From NCBI GenBank assembly GCA_965178125.1, contig OZ237743.1, positions 868,001 to 932,000 on the forward strand: 64,000 nt of DNA. Reading direction: 5' to 3'. Within the stretch, counting starts at the first letter, position 1; the number at the start of each line of letters is the position of its first letter. Below are positions 23,894-37,069 of this stretch, piece after piece. The stretch comes from Bilabrum cf. latius (Eukaryota). The position numbers and the translations under genes are program-made. The notes below the pieces were generated by a model. That model made no database searches. It was not told the origin of the DNA and saw only the letters and a program-made list of their open reading frames with translations.

Positions 23894-26530
23894 ATGTCTG
23901 AGGCAGCGTCGGGAGCCGGAGCATCCGAATCCAAACAGGCCGAACCGATGGATGCACACAGCGGCATGCTCGACGAACACGGGGACGAAAGCAAAATTAG
24001 TTCAGGCGAAGGAGATGATATCGATGCTGAGTTTGGAGACGGGGGTGATCGGGAGCCAGGAGACGAGGCTGGGGAGGCAGCAGGTAACGATGGGCTTGGC
24101 GAGCAAGACGATCGACCCGCCGCCGAGAAACTGGCAGAGAGCTTGGCGAGGCTGGACAGAAGAAAGGCGAGAGGTATTGGGCACGTAACAGAAGTTAGAC
24201 TAGAAGCCGATCGGCGGGAAGCGCAGAGACGGCTTGAGGAGGCCGAGCGCCGCCAGGACAGGCTGTGGCGCTTGCAGGACGAAGCGGTTGCAAGCGGCAA
24301 GGCAAACGCCGCTGTTGAGATGCGATGGAATGACTTGGGCGACTACAACATGCCCAAGGAATTGCACAAGGAAATCCTGCAGCAGAAGGCCGCGTGTCGC
24401 GCCATCATCCTGAGCAAGGACAGCCTGATCCGCGAGTTCATGGCGGAGCTCAAGGCCAAGGACGAGGAGTACGTCAAGACGCTGCAGCAGCAGAAAGAGG
24501 AGGTCGACGAGCTCCTTGCTCGGATGGACGCCCAGTACAGGGACCTCAGCGAGGGCTACGAGGCGGAGCTGGCGTCGATCGAGGACGCCTTCAGGAGGGA
24601 GCGGCAGCAGCTAATGGGGAGGCAGAGGGGGGAGATGGAAGGGCTCTTCAAGCAGTACCAGCAGGCTGAGCAGCAGTACACGGAGGAGAGACTGGCGGCC
24701 GAGAAGCAGTACGCCCAGGATCTGGACAGGTTGCAGGCGAATGACGCGGAAGAGTACGCGAGACTCAAGATCAGGCTAGAGACGGACGTGCAGACGCTCG
24801 AGCAGCAGCTGGCGGTCATGCGTGCCATGTACATGCTCAACACGGAGAAGCTAGACTACAACTACCGGGTGCTCATCGAGCGAGACGCAGACAACGAGAA
24901 GAGTGCCGCCCAGCAGAAGGAAAAGGTCAAGAAGCTCGAGGCGGCGCTGACGAGGGTCAGGGAGGAGTACCGCAAGGCGGACCAGAGGCACAGGCAGAGG
25001 AACACGCAGCTCACGGCGGAATACCAGCGCATCACCAAGCAGTACAAGGACCTGCAAACGAAGGCAGGGCACTTCGCCGCCACTGACGCCGCCAAGTTCA
25101 GGCAGGTGTGGAAGATGCACAGCGAGGAGGCCAACCGCATGCTTGACAGGCTCCTGGAGGCTGACAGGGTCATCACCGAGCAGGTGCTGGGCTGGGAGTG
25201 GACCCCGCCGGAGGGCAGGCCAGATGCCACCACGACCCCCGCGCCCGTCGTGGGACTCGGCGCGACGGGGTCTCAGGCCCCTAGCGCGTCTGCCATGCTT
25301 GAGTCCTCTACTCACGGGACTGCTGCTGGGGCAGGCAGCGCCGCCGACCCGTCCCAGACGGGGGCGTCGCTGGGCGGCACTGCGGGCGGTGCCGTGGGCC
25401 TGATGACCGGCTCCCATGGGATGGGGACTACCTCCACTATGTCTGGAGCTGGCGGTCCCGCATGGCTCTCCGCCGTATGTTCCCTGGTTACCTCCACCCC
25501 GGAGGACGACGCGAGGCTGCTGGAAGCCGCTCGGGCCCGCGCCGAAGAGGCAGACGGCGACGAGGCGCTGCGGATCGTTGTGGAGGCGGAGCGGGAGAGG
25601 GAGGGCAGGGCGGTCTTGCGGGAGATCCTGCAGTGCGTCGTGCGGGAGTCCAGCTTTCTGGTGCAGGGACCCGATGCGGGGGAACTGGGGGTGGTGGAGC
25701 GTGCCGAGCGGATTCTGCAGGCGCTGGGGGTGGCCGGGCCCGCTGACCTGGAGGAGCTCAGAGGGTACTTTGTGAGCGGGGGAGAGGACGATGAGGAGGA
25801 CGGGGGAGGTGAGGAGGAGGAGGGAGAGGAGGAGGAGGAGGACGAGACTGGGGGCGGGGGCGGCTCGGCTGCGGGGGCCAAGCTCGATGGAGGGTCCAGG
25901 TCCAGGGCCTCCCTGGGCGCGAGCGAAAGCAAGGCCAGCGGGTCTACCGGTGGATTGGGCGTGCCCTCCAGCGGGGCGGGGGGCGGAAGCGCCGCCGCGG
26001 CGGACCGCAAGCGCAGGACGGGGCTTCTGTCCGTGACCGCGGAGGAGGTCGTGGGCACTTTGCGGCGCTTCGTGGATGCGCGCAACCGCAGGAGGCAGCA
26101 GGCCGCCCAGCTGGCCGCGGGCAAGGGTGACACGAGGGGGGACGGGGACAGTGACGTGCCGGCGGCTGCCTCTGCTACTGCGCAAGAGCTGTTGCGGACG
26201 GGAGGTGGCGGCGACGGTGCAGGTGCGGAGAAGGGCAGCATCGAAGCAGCCGCGGCGCAGGCCAAGTGGGCCGAGAGCGAGTACTGGAACCGGCTCGCTG
26301 CCACGGTGCCGCCGAGGACCGCGAGGGTGTGGGGCGCGCTGGAGGAGTCTCTGTAGAAGTACAACAAAATCTTGTCGAGCCGGGCGGAGCTTTTGGACGA
26401 CGTAGCTACGCTAAGGAAGCAGAACGCGCAGCTGAGGGGGCTAGTGTCCAACTACGTGCGGTCGGACGTGAACCAGGAGCTGCAGGTGGCGCCGGCAGCA
26501 ACGCTGAAGCTCCCTGCGGTGTAGGGATGA
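23894..26530 (+). CDS. DRC1: Dynein regulatory complex protein 1 (CCDC164)
   Basis: QQKAACRAIILSKDSLIREFMAELKAKDEEYVK and LKIRLETDVQTLEQQL..MYMLNTEKLDYNYRVL. The C-terminal domain VWGALEESL*KYNKILSSRAELL..LRKQNAQLRGLVSNYVRSDVNQELQVAP spans the TAG at 26354. Ends TGA 26528-26530. Confidence 0.9.
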
Positions 26531-26679
26531 CCATGACAGCAAATTGAATATATTTTTTTGTACCATGGCATTTGCTCAGCAGGAGTCACCTTGCGATCAT
26601 TGCAGAGCCGCCGGTGTGTGTGCTTGCGACCGCCTAGGCCGAGGCGAGCACTTCGCTAAAACTCACTGATAGCGAAACC

Positions 26680-29600
26680 ATGAGCGACTGGACTGCTCAT
26701 GCTCTTGAGCTTGTGGCAAATAAGAAGTTTAAAGCTCTTCTCTCTCTGGTCTAGGCCAACACAACCAAGTCAGACGAGAAGGACGGCTGCGCACAGGATT
26801 CACCATCGCTCCGAGCTTGCGTGGAAGCCATGACACAGGCCCTTCAGAGAAGCGCAGCAAATGATGCCGAACAGATGGTAGCAAGGGCTGTGGATAGGTC
26901 GAGGTCCAGGAGCACCGGTTAGCCAGCCTTCCGTTCAAGCGAAGCAAGCATGTCTCTGCTTGCAAGCATTTCCACGGTTCTCACGGAAGTGTACGATTTA
27001 GAAGCACCTCTAGAGTCGATTACCAGCTCAACTATTAAACTGATTCTTACTACAGTTGACTTTACGCTCAATTTGGTTTCCGAGTACGAGCCAGATGCAG
27101 GTATGCTTGCGCTCGTGCATTTCGCCCAATCTCCCAAGTGGCCGGCGCAAGAACTGCTTGCAGACATGTTGGCGAACGACAACTTGGATGCTCGAGCTTG
27201 GCTTGGGATATACTGCACGGCTGCCCCATGCCTGAATGACGGACAAGCTGCAGTTGCCATGCTCATCGCAGTTGTGAGCAGCTGCTCGAATTCAGAGGAC
27301 TGCAGGGACGCTGCTCGATCCCTACTTGACCTGCACTGCGCCGCAATTCGGCATCGCGAGCACCAGGCAGGCCTACTGGATAGCGGGAGATCAGGCTCAG
27401 AGATCCAGCAATTCCTCATCCATGTGGTGGATGCCTGCGTGCGGGTTGCCCAGGTCAAGACGTGCGCTACTCGGGGCATCGACCACGAATGCGAAGAGTA
27501 CCAGGACGTGTAGGAGGTGTGGGATGCAGCGCTTGGGTTTGCGATGAAGGGCGAAGGAGGCAGCAGTGCTGTCTCTGGTGGTGCGGCCCGATCGTCGGCC
27601 TCGACAAGCCAAGGTAGTCGGGGCGCTACAGGCGACAAGAGACCGCGCAAGAGGGCGAGAAGCTCCACAGAAGCAGACGACGACGAAGAAGAAAGTTCAA
27701 CAGGCAAGTCAAAGCAAAACTCAGCGTCAATCCCAGCGGCGTCAAAGAAGCGGCGAAGAGCCTCCAAGGCGAAGAAGGGAAAGCAGGACCAAGCAGACCC
27801 AGCCCGCCCCCAGGCTCCAACCAAGCGGATTCTCCCCAGGGCACTCACCACCTTGCTCGCAGACGGGAATGACTCCTGCTGGCGGCTGGCCAACTGCATG
27901 CTAGCGGCGGTGCACGAGTCCATCAAGGCATCCAACGGCGTGGTATAGACGAGCACCCCTGCCTCCAACGGAGGGGCTTCGTCGGGCGGCGCTGTGGAAG
28001 TGGGCCTGGAAGCCCTCATGCAGCCGTGTGAGGGACCGGGCGACGTGGTCCAGGCGATCAAATTCCTCGTGTCAAGCCTACTGAGCGCGCACGCCCTGCG
28101 TCACACTGACCAGTATCGCATCACCTGCGCCCTGCTGCGCCGTCTGCAGGCACCTGCAGCCAAGCGCCAGCTCGAGTCCTTTGACGATGGCAGGGAGATG
28201 CAGGAAGGCGCCCCCGCTCTGGCGGCAGCCAAGGACGCCGTGCTTCAGGCGCTGCAGGCCCTCATGGTCGAGGCGGTTCCCCCAACGCGCGCCCGCAAGC
28301 ACCGCAAGCACACGGCACTCCTGGCAGCCGACTTGCTCGAGCCGGTTGAGCTGGTGAATTTCCTCTAGGCCAGACTCAGCTGCGAGCCATCAGAAGAGCT
28401 GCGGGAGGAGTTCATCGAAATCATCGCCGGACTGCTTCCTTTCGACCCGCACGGGGAAAAAGCCCTTCTGTTCGGTGAGGACTTCAGCCGAGTCGGTGAA
28501 TCTCGAGCGGCCTAGGGAGCACCTGGTGCATCGCAGGGCCGGGGTGTCTCTGACTCCAGTACTCCCGTCGCTGCAGATCTGCCTAAATCATCCAGGGAAC
28601 AAGCGGTGGCATACCAGAACAGGAGCGCTTCCATTGACCTGTACCCTAGGCTGCTGGCTCTGGGCGGCGGGCGGCTCCTCAGCGAGTAGCAAGGGCAGGC
28701 TGTGCTCCAGTCAATCATCTTCGAGCACGGCCAGCTGGATCGCGCGGCCAGGGTACGGCGCGCCTGTCTACAGGTTGTGGACGACTGCACCGCCACAGAC
28801 GTGCTGGATGGGGCGCATGGTGGCAGCGGCCTTGCCGACCTACCTGCAGTGCAGCTAGATGTATCTCTGGCCCATCTCCTGGAAGAGATGAAGGACTCAT
28901 CCGCAGTTGTCCGTGATGGGTGCGCCTCAATCCTCACACGCATCGGGTTCGCCTCAGTAGTGGCTGCTTTGTGTACCCGTGAGAAGCTCGACCCGACCGC
29001 AAGGGAACTCAGGAACTGCTTCCTCCCCGCGCCAATGAGGACCGGCCTGCACCCCTCACACCCCAGAGCTGCCAAGTTCGAGCGTGTCTTCAGCGAGCTG
29101 AGGCGCCTGATGCAGGACCTCGCTGTCATCGCCCGCACGCCGCACTCCGACAAGAACGTGCGTGATGGCTGCTTGCGGGTGCTGGAGGAGGCAACCGCAG
29201 TCAGCGCGCTCATCGAAGCTGGGCCAGAAGCCCTAGCGCACTGGCACGCCACGTCTGCCCTCGAGGACCGCAGGATGGGCGATGCTGCCGATGGACAGGA
29301 GGAACAGCCGACTGGCTTCGAAGACGATGGTGGCGGGCACACCATCGAGGTTGAGTCAACGGGCCGCGGATTCCTAGCCCAGATCCATAAGGCAATTCGG
29401 GCAGCCGCGCATCACGACAGCATGCAGCTTGGCAGCGACAACCCAGCCGAGCTGCCAGGCCAGCTCCAGCTCCAGGTGACCCAAGGCGCTTCCCCATCGC
29501 CGCCCAGCCCATCTGGAGCTAGCGCTAGTACGCCCGACGAAGATGCATCGAGTGCTATAGCGGAGGTCCCCCTTAAGGTCCTATCAGGACTTGCGCGCCT

Positions 29601-29724
29601 GAAGCTGCTGGGCATGCCTACCGCAGCCACGGTGGGCGCCAAGCTGGTGCCGCTGGTGGGGCAGGACCTGAAGCCCTTGCTGGATGCTGCCCTGGTGGTC
29701 GCTTTCTGCCCGCAACAGGAGTGA
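26680..29724 (+). CDS. Hypothetical alpha-helical (HEAT/ARM-like?) protein, ~1014 aa
   Basis: ORFs 26950, 27517, 27994 and 28702 are in one frame joined by 7 TAG. ATG 26680, ends TGA. Basic NLS-like stretch KKRRRASKAKK. Confidence 0.7.
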
Positions 29725-29925
29725 CTGGACAACAGCGTGCCGCCACGTTCACCAGGCCTGCGAGGGTATAGGTGTCCCGGGCGAGGGATCCTCAGACGCC
29801 TATCGACGGACGCTCCAGGCCCGAGGCGAGTCCGCAGTGGGTCTTCGCAGCCTTCGTCTTGCATCAAGCGTGCGTTTGAAGGAGTTTGCAGCTTTCGTTT
29901 TGTATCAAGCGTGCGTTTCTCTGCA

Positions 29926-31257
29926 TCACCGTTTGCCCGCCACTATCTCTAGGGGCTTCCCGGCTCTGAATCCGATGCCTTGCAGCCATCGAAAGGCAGT
30001 CGGGGCGTCATTCTCTGCCTTGGGCGCCTTGCCCTTCGACGCCTTTACGCCCCTTAGCTCAATGCAGCCATCGTGCAGACCAAGCCAAACCGTCTTGCTT
30101 TTCTTGTGCAGCAGCAGCGCGGGCACACTGGCGTCTCGTAGCAATTCCCACGCCTCTTTCGCTACCACAGGGTCGCTACACTCGCAATACGGCTCTGGTG
30201 GTGGTGGGAATTCCTGCAGAAGTGCACCAAAGTCTACAGGAGCAGTATCATGCCCTTCTGCATCTGTATTCTCCTCTTCTCCGCTCCTCCGCCCAGCGGT
30301 CCCCTGTTCGTGCGGCTGCCCCTCTGCCCACCCAGGGGGATACCTCACTGCGGTCACCGTGACTCGCACCGTGCTGTCGCCCTTGCCCGGTGCCCGCAGA
30401 TCAAAGACGGTCTTGATCATGCCATCGTGACCCCTCCACCTGCGGATGAATTCATCGAGGCCAAGGTCGGCAGTGCCACCATGATCACTTGCGCCCTTAC
30501 CATCAGCATCCCCACCTTTCGCGGCCGGCGCGATGATGCCGTCTTCCGGCGTGGTCTTTCGGGTCCAGGTGACCGCCGCTTCGTCTTGATCCATGGCAGA
30601 GGGCAGCTCACCGTGCTCCAGCAAGTGGTTCATCACAGACCCCGTCAGTGATCCGCCTGCCTCCGCCAAGCGCGGCCTCAGTGTCGAATGGGTGTCGAAT
30701 GGTGTCAATGGTACTTCAGCCTGTCGTACAACCGAGCCTTTGTCAAAGACTTCTGGATGAATCATGCAGACCGACACCCCCGCGATCCTGTCCCCAGATA
30801 GCAAGGTGCCGGCAATCGGCGAGGCGCCGCGATGCCGAGGCAGCAGCGATGGATGCATGTTAATTGATCCTAGTCTCAGCAAACGCAGCAGGCTCTTCGG
30901 AATAAAGTACCCAAAACTAACTACAACGCCAATGTCGTACTTGTAGCCCCCATTTGCGCCAGCGAGCGGATCCATCTCTCGCAACCACCTCCCGAGCTTC
31001 CGAGTGCCACTGGGAATCTCGATTGATCTCAAGCCTAACTCGCTAGCTGCCATTTGTACTGGCGTAGTTTCAACTACTCGGCCACCAAACCGCTATCGTG
31101 GAGCCGGGCAGAGGACATCAATTTCTAACTAGTTCAATTGCTACAGCTTGCGTAGGCTTGGCACAGCAACATCGTCAGTTCCCATGAACAACACGCGCAT
31201 ATTCTCAATACTCCTGGATGCAGAGCTGGACAAGCACCTCCTCAATATTCTCTGCAT
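29926..31257 (-). CDS. MTFMT: Methionyl-tRNA formyltransferase, mitochondrial
   Basis: Presequence, RVLFMGT..AVPSL, VVSFGYFIP, INMHPSLLPRHRGASPI, FDKG. Three TAG (31141, 31129, 31093) lie within the N-terminal domain; ends TGA. Confidence 0.9.
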
Positions 31258-31591
31258 AACGAATGGCGGTACACACGCCAGCCAGTGTCTCAGTGGACGG
31301 TGCATCCGGGGAACCTTGGGATCCACGGCACCATGCACTGCAGGTGCAGTTCGGACCGCTTGTGTTGTGTTTGTACCCAGCAAAACACATTAATAATGCT
31401 CCAGCGGGCACTATGGCGAGGCTGTACACAAATTCAGCGATGGAAGGCAACGTTGGCAAGCAAGCTTCAGCCGACAGACCCTTCGTTACAGGCTTTCAAG
31501 TCGCGAGGGTGAGGCAGTCCGTGCTAGTCGCATGTAAACCTAGATTTGAAAAACCGAAGAACCTCTTATTTATGTTTTGACAGATTTGAGC

Positions 31592-32527
31592 ATGGGCCGC
31601 AGGGGAAACTGCATCCTCCACTCAGTTGAGCTGCCAGAAGGATCGGCGAAAGGAATCGCCGTGTGCATCCATGGAGCTCCTGGATCAGTCCGAGATTTCC
31701 GTCACGTATCTCCAAGACTAATGAGTAGAGGAATCGCTGTAGTAAGGTGTAATCTACCTGGTCACGCGGGCAGCACGCCTCACTAGTCATTCCTTCCTAG
31801 TCCAAGCGCATACGCGGCAGACATGGAGCAACTGCTCGGGCATGTGCGGGCGCAGCACTCGGGGCAGCTGGGTTCAGTCCCTGCTGCTGTTGTGTCCCAC
31901 TCACTGGGCGGGGCTGTTGCCCTTCAGCTACTGCACCGCTCCGTGGAGACCAGGCAAGCGGCAATGTCAGGCAGTGCAACACCGGCACTGGATTCCCGTG
32001 GTCAAGCTGTGGGCCCGCAGGCAGGAGGGCAGGCGAGCAGCATTACGGGTCAGCTATTTCATGCAGGCGTTTTTCTATCGTCCGTCGGCTTGTCGCCTCA
32101 CCGGGGCATCTAGCCGTACCAGGTGGTTCGAGCACTCGGGCATATGCTCGACTGGCCCCTCCTGGGGCGGGTCCTGATTGCACCCGGGCTGCGATCCATC
32201 TTCGTGCACATGCTTGGGTTTTCACCGTCTTTGACAGTTGCCGAGGCAGACGTGTCCCATCGGCGGGTGGTGCTCGTTGATTTCGAGGAGCAGCGGAGGG
32301 CCGCAGCTGCGATCGGGGCATCCGGGCGATTTCCGGCCGGGAGCTTGCAGTGCCTGTACGCCACGGACGATCACCTGATGGAGATCGATGTGTTGGAAGG
32401 ACTGGAGCATGCACTTGGAGCGAAAGGCACGCAATTTTCGAAGGGAGGCCACCACGCGCCAGTGAGAACGCAGCACGCAGACGTGACTGCGGATGCAGTA
32501 CTTGAGGCCATTTCCAGTGTTAGTTAA
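31592..32527 (+). CDS. Alpha/beta-fold hydrolase; true start uncertain, possible upstream exon
   Basis: CIHGAPGSVRDFRH, NLPGHAG, nucleophile elbow SHSLGG, DDHLM, GGHH. Three track ORFs joined by TAG at 31784 and 32111; ends TAA. Confidence 0.8.
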
Positions 32528-33153
32528 CGCGAGTTGTATATCAAGCAGCTATTGGCTGAGCACATTCATTTGGCCAAAGCGTCTTTATCCGTGGACGGAC
32601 AGGCATGCAGTTTCAGAGGGACGATCGAAACTGCAGTTTTGCGGGCGTCACACGGGGCCAAGTTTGAAAGATGAAGACACGATCGAGGCCGAAACGAACC
32701 GTGTGGTCCCGTGGCACACTTCAACGTAATTTGAACAGCACATCTTCTCATCTAACTTGGCAATATATACAAGTATTACTATTATGGTGAGATTGGACGT
32801 AGTTGTGCGTATCGTTTTGCCCTTCGGCAGCGACGATACGTCTTGCAGTTGGCTGACGTACTTCAATCACTCACAAGAGCCTTAACTAAACCGAATTAAG
32901 AGACGTGATGCGACGCAATGAGTTCTATTCATTGTTTTGAATCATATGAATTAGTGTGGAAACGAAAGGAACTTCTCTATTTGGCTCCATTGGGGCCACG
33001 TCAGCGCCGTGCGGCAATCATATGAGAACCTTGCCCTGAATCTCTTGCCGTTCACCGCAGTCTTGGCTTGTTAGCTCAGCGCTTCAGCTAGTTGGTGCCT
33101 CAAAATTGAATGAAGGGTCAAATCCCGAGCCAACGTCGGCGGTAGATCTCGCA

Positions 33154-34854
33154 ATGAACGCGATACTGGGCGTCGTCACGATGGCAAAGTGGTCTGCCGT
33201 TGTGGGAGCCGTGTGCACCACCCTATCTCTGGCTGCGGTTGCCGCATACGTTCTGACTCTGCCAAAAACTCCGAAACAACTATGGGTCGATGCATTTGCG
33301 GATCTAGCCCGGTACTGGCATGGATTGTGGTACTTCATGGTCCAGGGTGGCACCTACAAGGACTGCCCCGTGTTCAAGGACGATATCCGAGCTAGGGTAC
33401 AGACCTACTCGCTCACTCTTATTTACAGCATGTGGAGCGAGCCGCACTACCGCAACGGCACCTTCCAGGTGGACATGGTGAAGAACCTGCGGAACGTGGC
33501 CATCCCAGGGACCGGCCTCCCCCTGTCGTACCTCTCGCACGTGCGCGCGCTCGTGTGGCCCTTCCTGTTCGTGGCGTACCCCGCCATCGCGTTAGTCGCG
33601 GGCATCTGGAAGGGAATCGTGCTGTCAGACGGGGGCGAGGACGACTCTGGAAGAACTGCCCCTGCCTTCGCCGAAGCAGCCGCCAAGGCATTCAGGGAGC
33701 AGCTTCTCTCTCCCCAGGACTGGTTCAGCTTCTGGAGGCTCAACTGCAGGTTGGCCACCCTGCACGCCCGCGTATCGGGCGACGAGGGCTACACGCTCGA
33801 GGACAAGCTCACCTTTTTGGAGCGAGCCGAGGACATGGACGTGCCAGTGTCTCCTTACCTCAAGTTCCCTGCCATCATCTGCAAGCACAGGAACGAGGAG
33901 GGCGGCCTTGGCTTCCAGGCCTTCAGCTCTGCCACCCACGGTGGTGACTGGATCATCCAGGAAAAGATGGCCAACTCCGCCTTCGTGTCCTCGCTGCTAC
34001 CCGAGGACGCTCCCCTTTCCACCCTCAGGATCGTGACCGCCTCCAAGCTGGGGCTGGCCCCTCTCAGGGAACAGGCAGGGGCACAGGAAGAAGGGGAGAA
34101 CAAGGGGGAAAGAGTCAGCGACAAGGAGGTGCGCGCTCTCTCGTGCGTGTTCCGAGCCGGCAGGGAGGGCGCCATCACGGACCACGAGTCCATCCTCTTC
34201 AACACAGAGATCGAGACGGGCATGGTGCTCAAGGGGACGACAAACGCGCATTGGTACAGGCTCGGCGCAGACAAGGTACTGAACGCGCAGTGGCTGTCGC
34301 AGCACAACATCACCAACCACCCAGACACAGGGCGACCCATCAGCGGCACCAACATCCCCCGCATGGCCGAGATCCGCAAGCTTGTGGAGGATGCCCACAC
34401 CAAGATGTGCCCGGGGGTGCCTCTCGTCGGCTGGGACGTGGCACTCACCGATTCCCACGGGATGGTGCTGCTGGAGGGCAACTTTTCGTGCAATTTCTTC
34501 CGCGGGACTTTCGACAAGGAGTGGTACTTTGAAATGGTGGACGAGTACTTCGCGGCTCTCGAGGCGGCCAACAGTGCCACGGGACCCAAGGGGCCCTTCC
34601 GCCCCCCGGTGGATCCCAGGGTGGCGGCGGCATCCAAGCGCAAGGCTGGGGGGACTCTCAAGTCCTTGGCCGCAGGAAAGGCAAAGACGGTGGGGGGAGG
34701 CGTCAGGAGGAGGCAGCACGGCGGCAGGGCTGCTCAGCTGAAGAGAGGCATGGTGGAGTCCAACTCGCAGACCACACTGTGCACGCACGAGTCCTCCTAG
34801 GCCGGCGAGGAGGCTTCCACGGCGGCAGAAAGGGCCAGCATGGGCTCGGACTAA
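33154..34854 (+). CDS. Membrane-anchored ATP-grasp protein (sugar-transfer-associated ATP-grasp-like)
   Basis: WIIQEK, PLSTLRIVT, HPDTGRPISG, LVGWDVALT..GMVLLEGN; N-terminal hydrophobic segments. One TAG at 34798, then TAA at 34852. Confidence 0.7.
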
Positions 34855-35575
34855 GCAAGCTGGAGAATCCCATCGTGTCTTACATGCGCATAATATATTG
34901 AAAAGGTCTTCGGCGCTGCAGCCCAAAGCACGAACCTGGGTCGCGATACCGACGGGGTACCGTGCTGGTGGTGCTGCTTGCCCCGAGATAAACCTAGCCT
35001 CATTAGCCAAGCACTACACACCAGTTGGAATCCAAATTTTGGATCAAGTAGCAAACGAGTGTCAACCTAATGGAACGCAAAGCACCAATAATTTGGGCCG
35101 CGATCACGGCTCACGACAACTGAGTGGTTCCGACTGAGACTAACCTGAGGACGCCACGTCGACGAAGAGCATGTTCGACATCCGTCACGGTCCGCGCCTG
35201 AGGAGGCAGTCCCGACCTCTGGCCGGGTGGGTCGTGCAGCATTCAGGAACCGGATGACGACAAATATCCAGGGTACCGTTCTGCGCCATGGTGCCTATCT
35301 GGAGAGGCTGCCGCAGTCTAGGCGGCATCCGTCTCCAAATACACTCCCACGCACCAATAGAATAGACTAGGCCATCGAGCTGTCGAGCTGTGCAAAAGAG
35401 GCATCATCAAGACCTAACGCAGACTATACCTTCGATCAGCCCATCAGCCGTGTCGCCGGTGCCCCCGCCTGCCGCCTGAAACACAACAAGAGTCTCTGCA
35501 GAAATATGGTAATTGTATGTGGAACTCTAGCAAGCAACTTGCGCGTCCGTACCTAATTGTACTCTCATTCAGGAT

Positions 35576-36790
35576 TTACGAAGCCTTTCCTTTCCCTCCA
35601 GTTGCCCCTGTGGCGCCAGAGGAAGCCCCATCAACGAGGATGACGATCTTGCCCGAAGAGCCCCCGGCCTGCTCAATCACAGCCCTGTGAGCCTCGGCCG
35701 CAGAAGCCGCAGACAGGCCATGGATCTCCTTGCCCACGTGTGGCTGTATCGCACCCGATGCCATCCCAGCGGTGAGCGCTGTCCGGATCTCGGTCCAGTC
35801 CGCCTCTGTGGCATGTGCCATGGCCACGCCCACGACCGAGGACTCCCTCGCCATGAGGTCTCGTGGGCTGATCGTGACATCGCCGCGGGAGCCCACGATG
35901 GCAACGACTCCGCCGTGGGCGAGCATCTGTAGGTCGGAGCCCAGGTTGGAGTTGGCCAGCATCTCAACCACGCAGTCCACCCCTTTGCCTGCAGTGGCCT
36001 CAAGGATGGCATCCAGCACCGCCTTGCCGCCGTCCCCTCGTACGTGCTTGATCGCCTCAGCCCCGTTCTCCCGTAGCATTGCGAGACCGTGGTCGCTACT
36101 CGCGGTTGCCCAGACACGATGCCCCTTTGCCCGGGCTAGCTGGACGGCAGCAACTCCAACAGCGCCGGAGCCGCCGTGGATGAGCACTGTCGCTCCATCC
36201 GAAATCTTCGCTCGCTAGAAAAGGGCCCGGAACGCAGTGCTGTATGGAATTCCAATGGCGGCTGCCTCGCTTGGGGACAGGAGGAACTCGTCGCTTGGCT
36301 TTGCCTTCTCCTCGGCAGCATCGCTTGCGTTCGACGCTGGCACCGAGATCAAGCGATCTGTAGGTGCTACAACGTACTCTGCATACGCGCCAGTTCTAGT
36401 TGATGTTGTGATAACTCTGTCACCCACGCTGACTCTGCTATCATCGAGGCTGGGAGCGCTGTCAGCAGCACCCAAAGCTACAATGATTCCACAGCAGTCG
36501 TGGCCGGGACAGAATGGAGTCTCAGGGAGGCCAGCATACGTCCCTGCTCGTATATATGTCTCAACTGGATTGATTCCAATCGCTTCCACGCGGATAAGTG
36601 CCTCTCCATCTCCAGGAGATGGCATCGGGGCGTCTTGTTGCAGTTCGAAGACCTCAGGTCCTCCAAACTTTGGCACGACGACACGGCTGTAGGCTGACGC
36701 TGCTGCGGCCGCCATGCTTCTAAGTCCAAAGATAGTGAGCGCGGAGATAATCTGGTACCGAGCTACGCTGCGAGCGCCTCTAGCTATCAT
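35576..36790 (-). CDS. NADPH:quinone oxidoreductase / zeta-crystallin-like MDR family protein (start 36790 or 36715)
   Basis: GINPVETYIRAG, PFCPGHD, GAYAEY, IPYSTAFRALF*RAKISDGATVLIHGGSGAVG, GKIV. The TAG at 36215 is mid-domain; ends TAA. Confidence 0.9.
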
Positions 36791-37069
36791 GGGCCAATGA
36801 ATCCGGGATCCGAAACTCCGAATCGCAGATCGGAGCACCTTGCCCGGCTGCGACCTGCCAGTGGTAACGATGTCTACCGATGCGGGTGTGTCCCGACAGG
36901 CCCGACTATTCGGCAGGCCATGCTAGAACGCTGCAGTGCACCTCCTTTGGCATTCAGCTCACGATAATTGAGGATTTCCTATTGGACGCAGCAGGTCGGA
37001 CAACTGAGTGTACATGCACAGCGCGATTGAATCACGGCACCGAAATAATCAATTGCCCTCCGGGTCCAC

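Noticed and set aside
24851-26451. Long - strand ORFs opposite DRC1 (and similar shadows elsewhere)
   Set aside because: GC-rich antisense artefacts with no domain motifs.
32530-33100. Short ORFs between the hydrolase and ATP-grasp genes
   Set aside because: No convincing motif or gene model.
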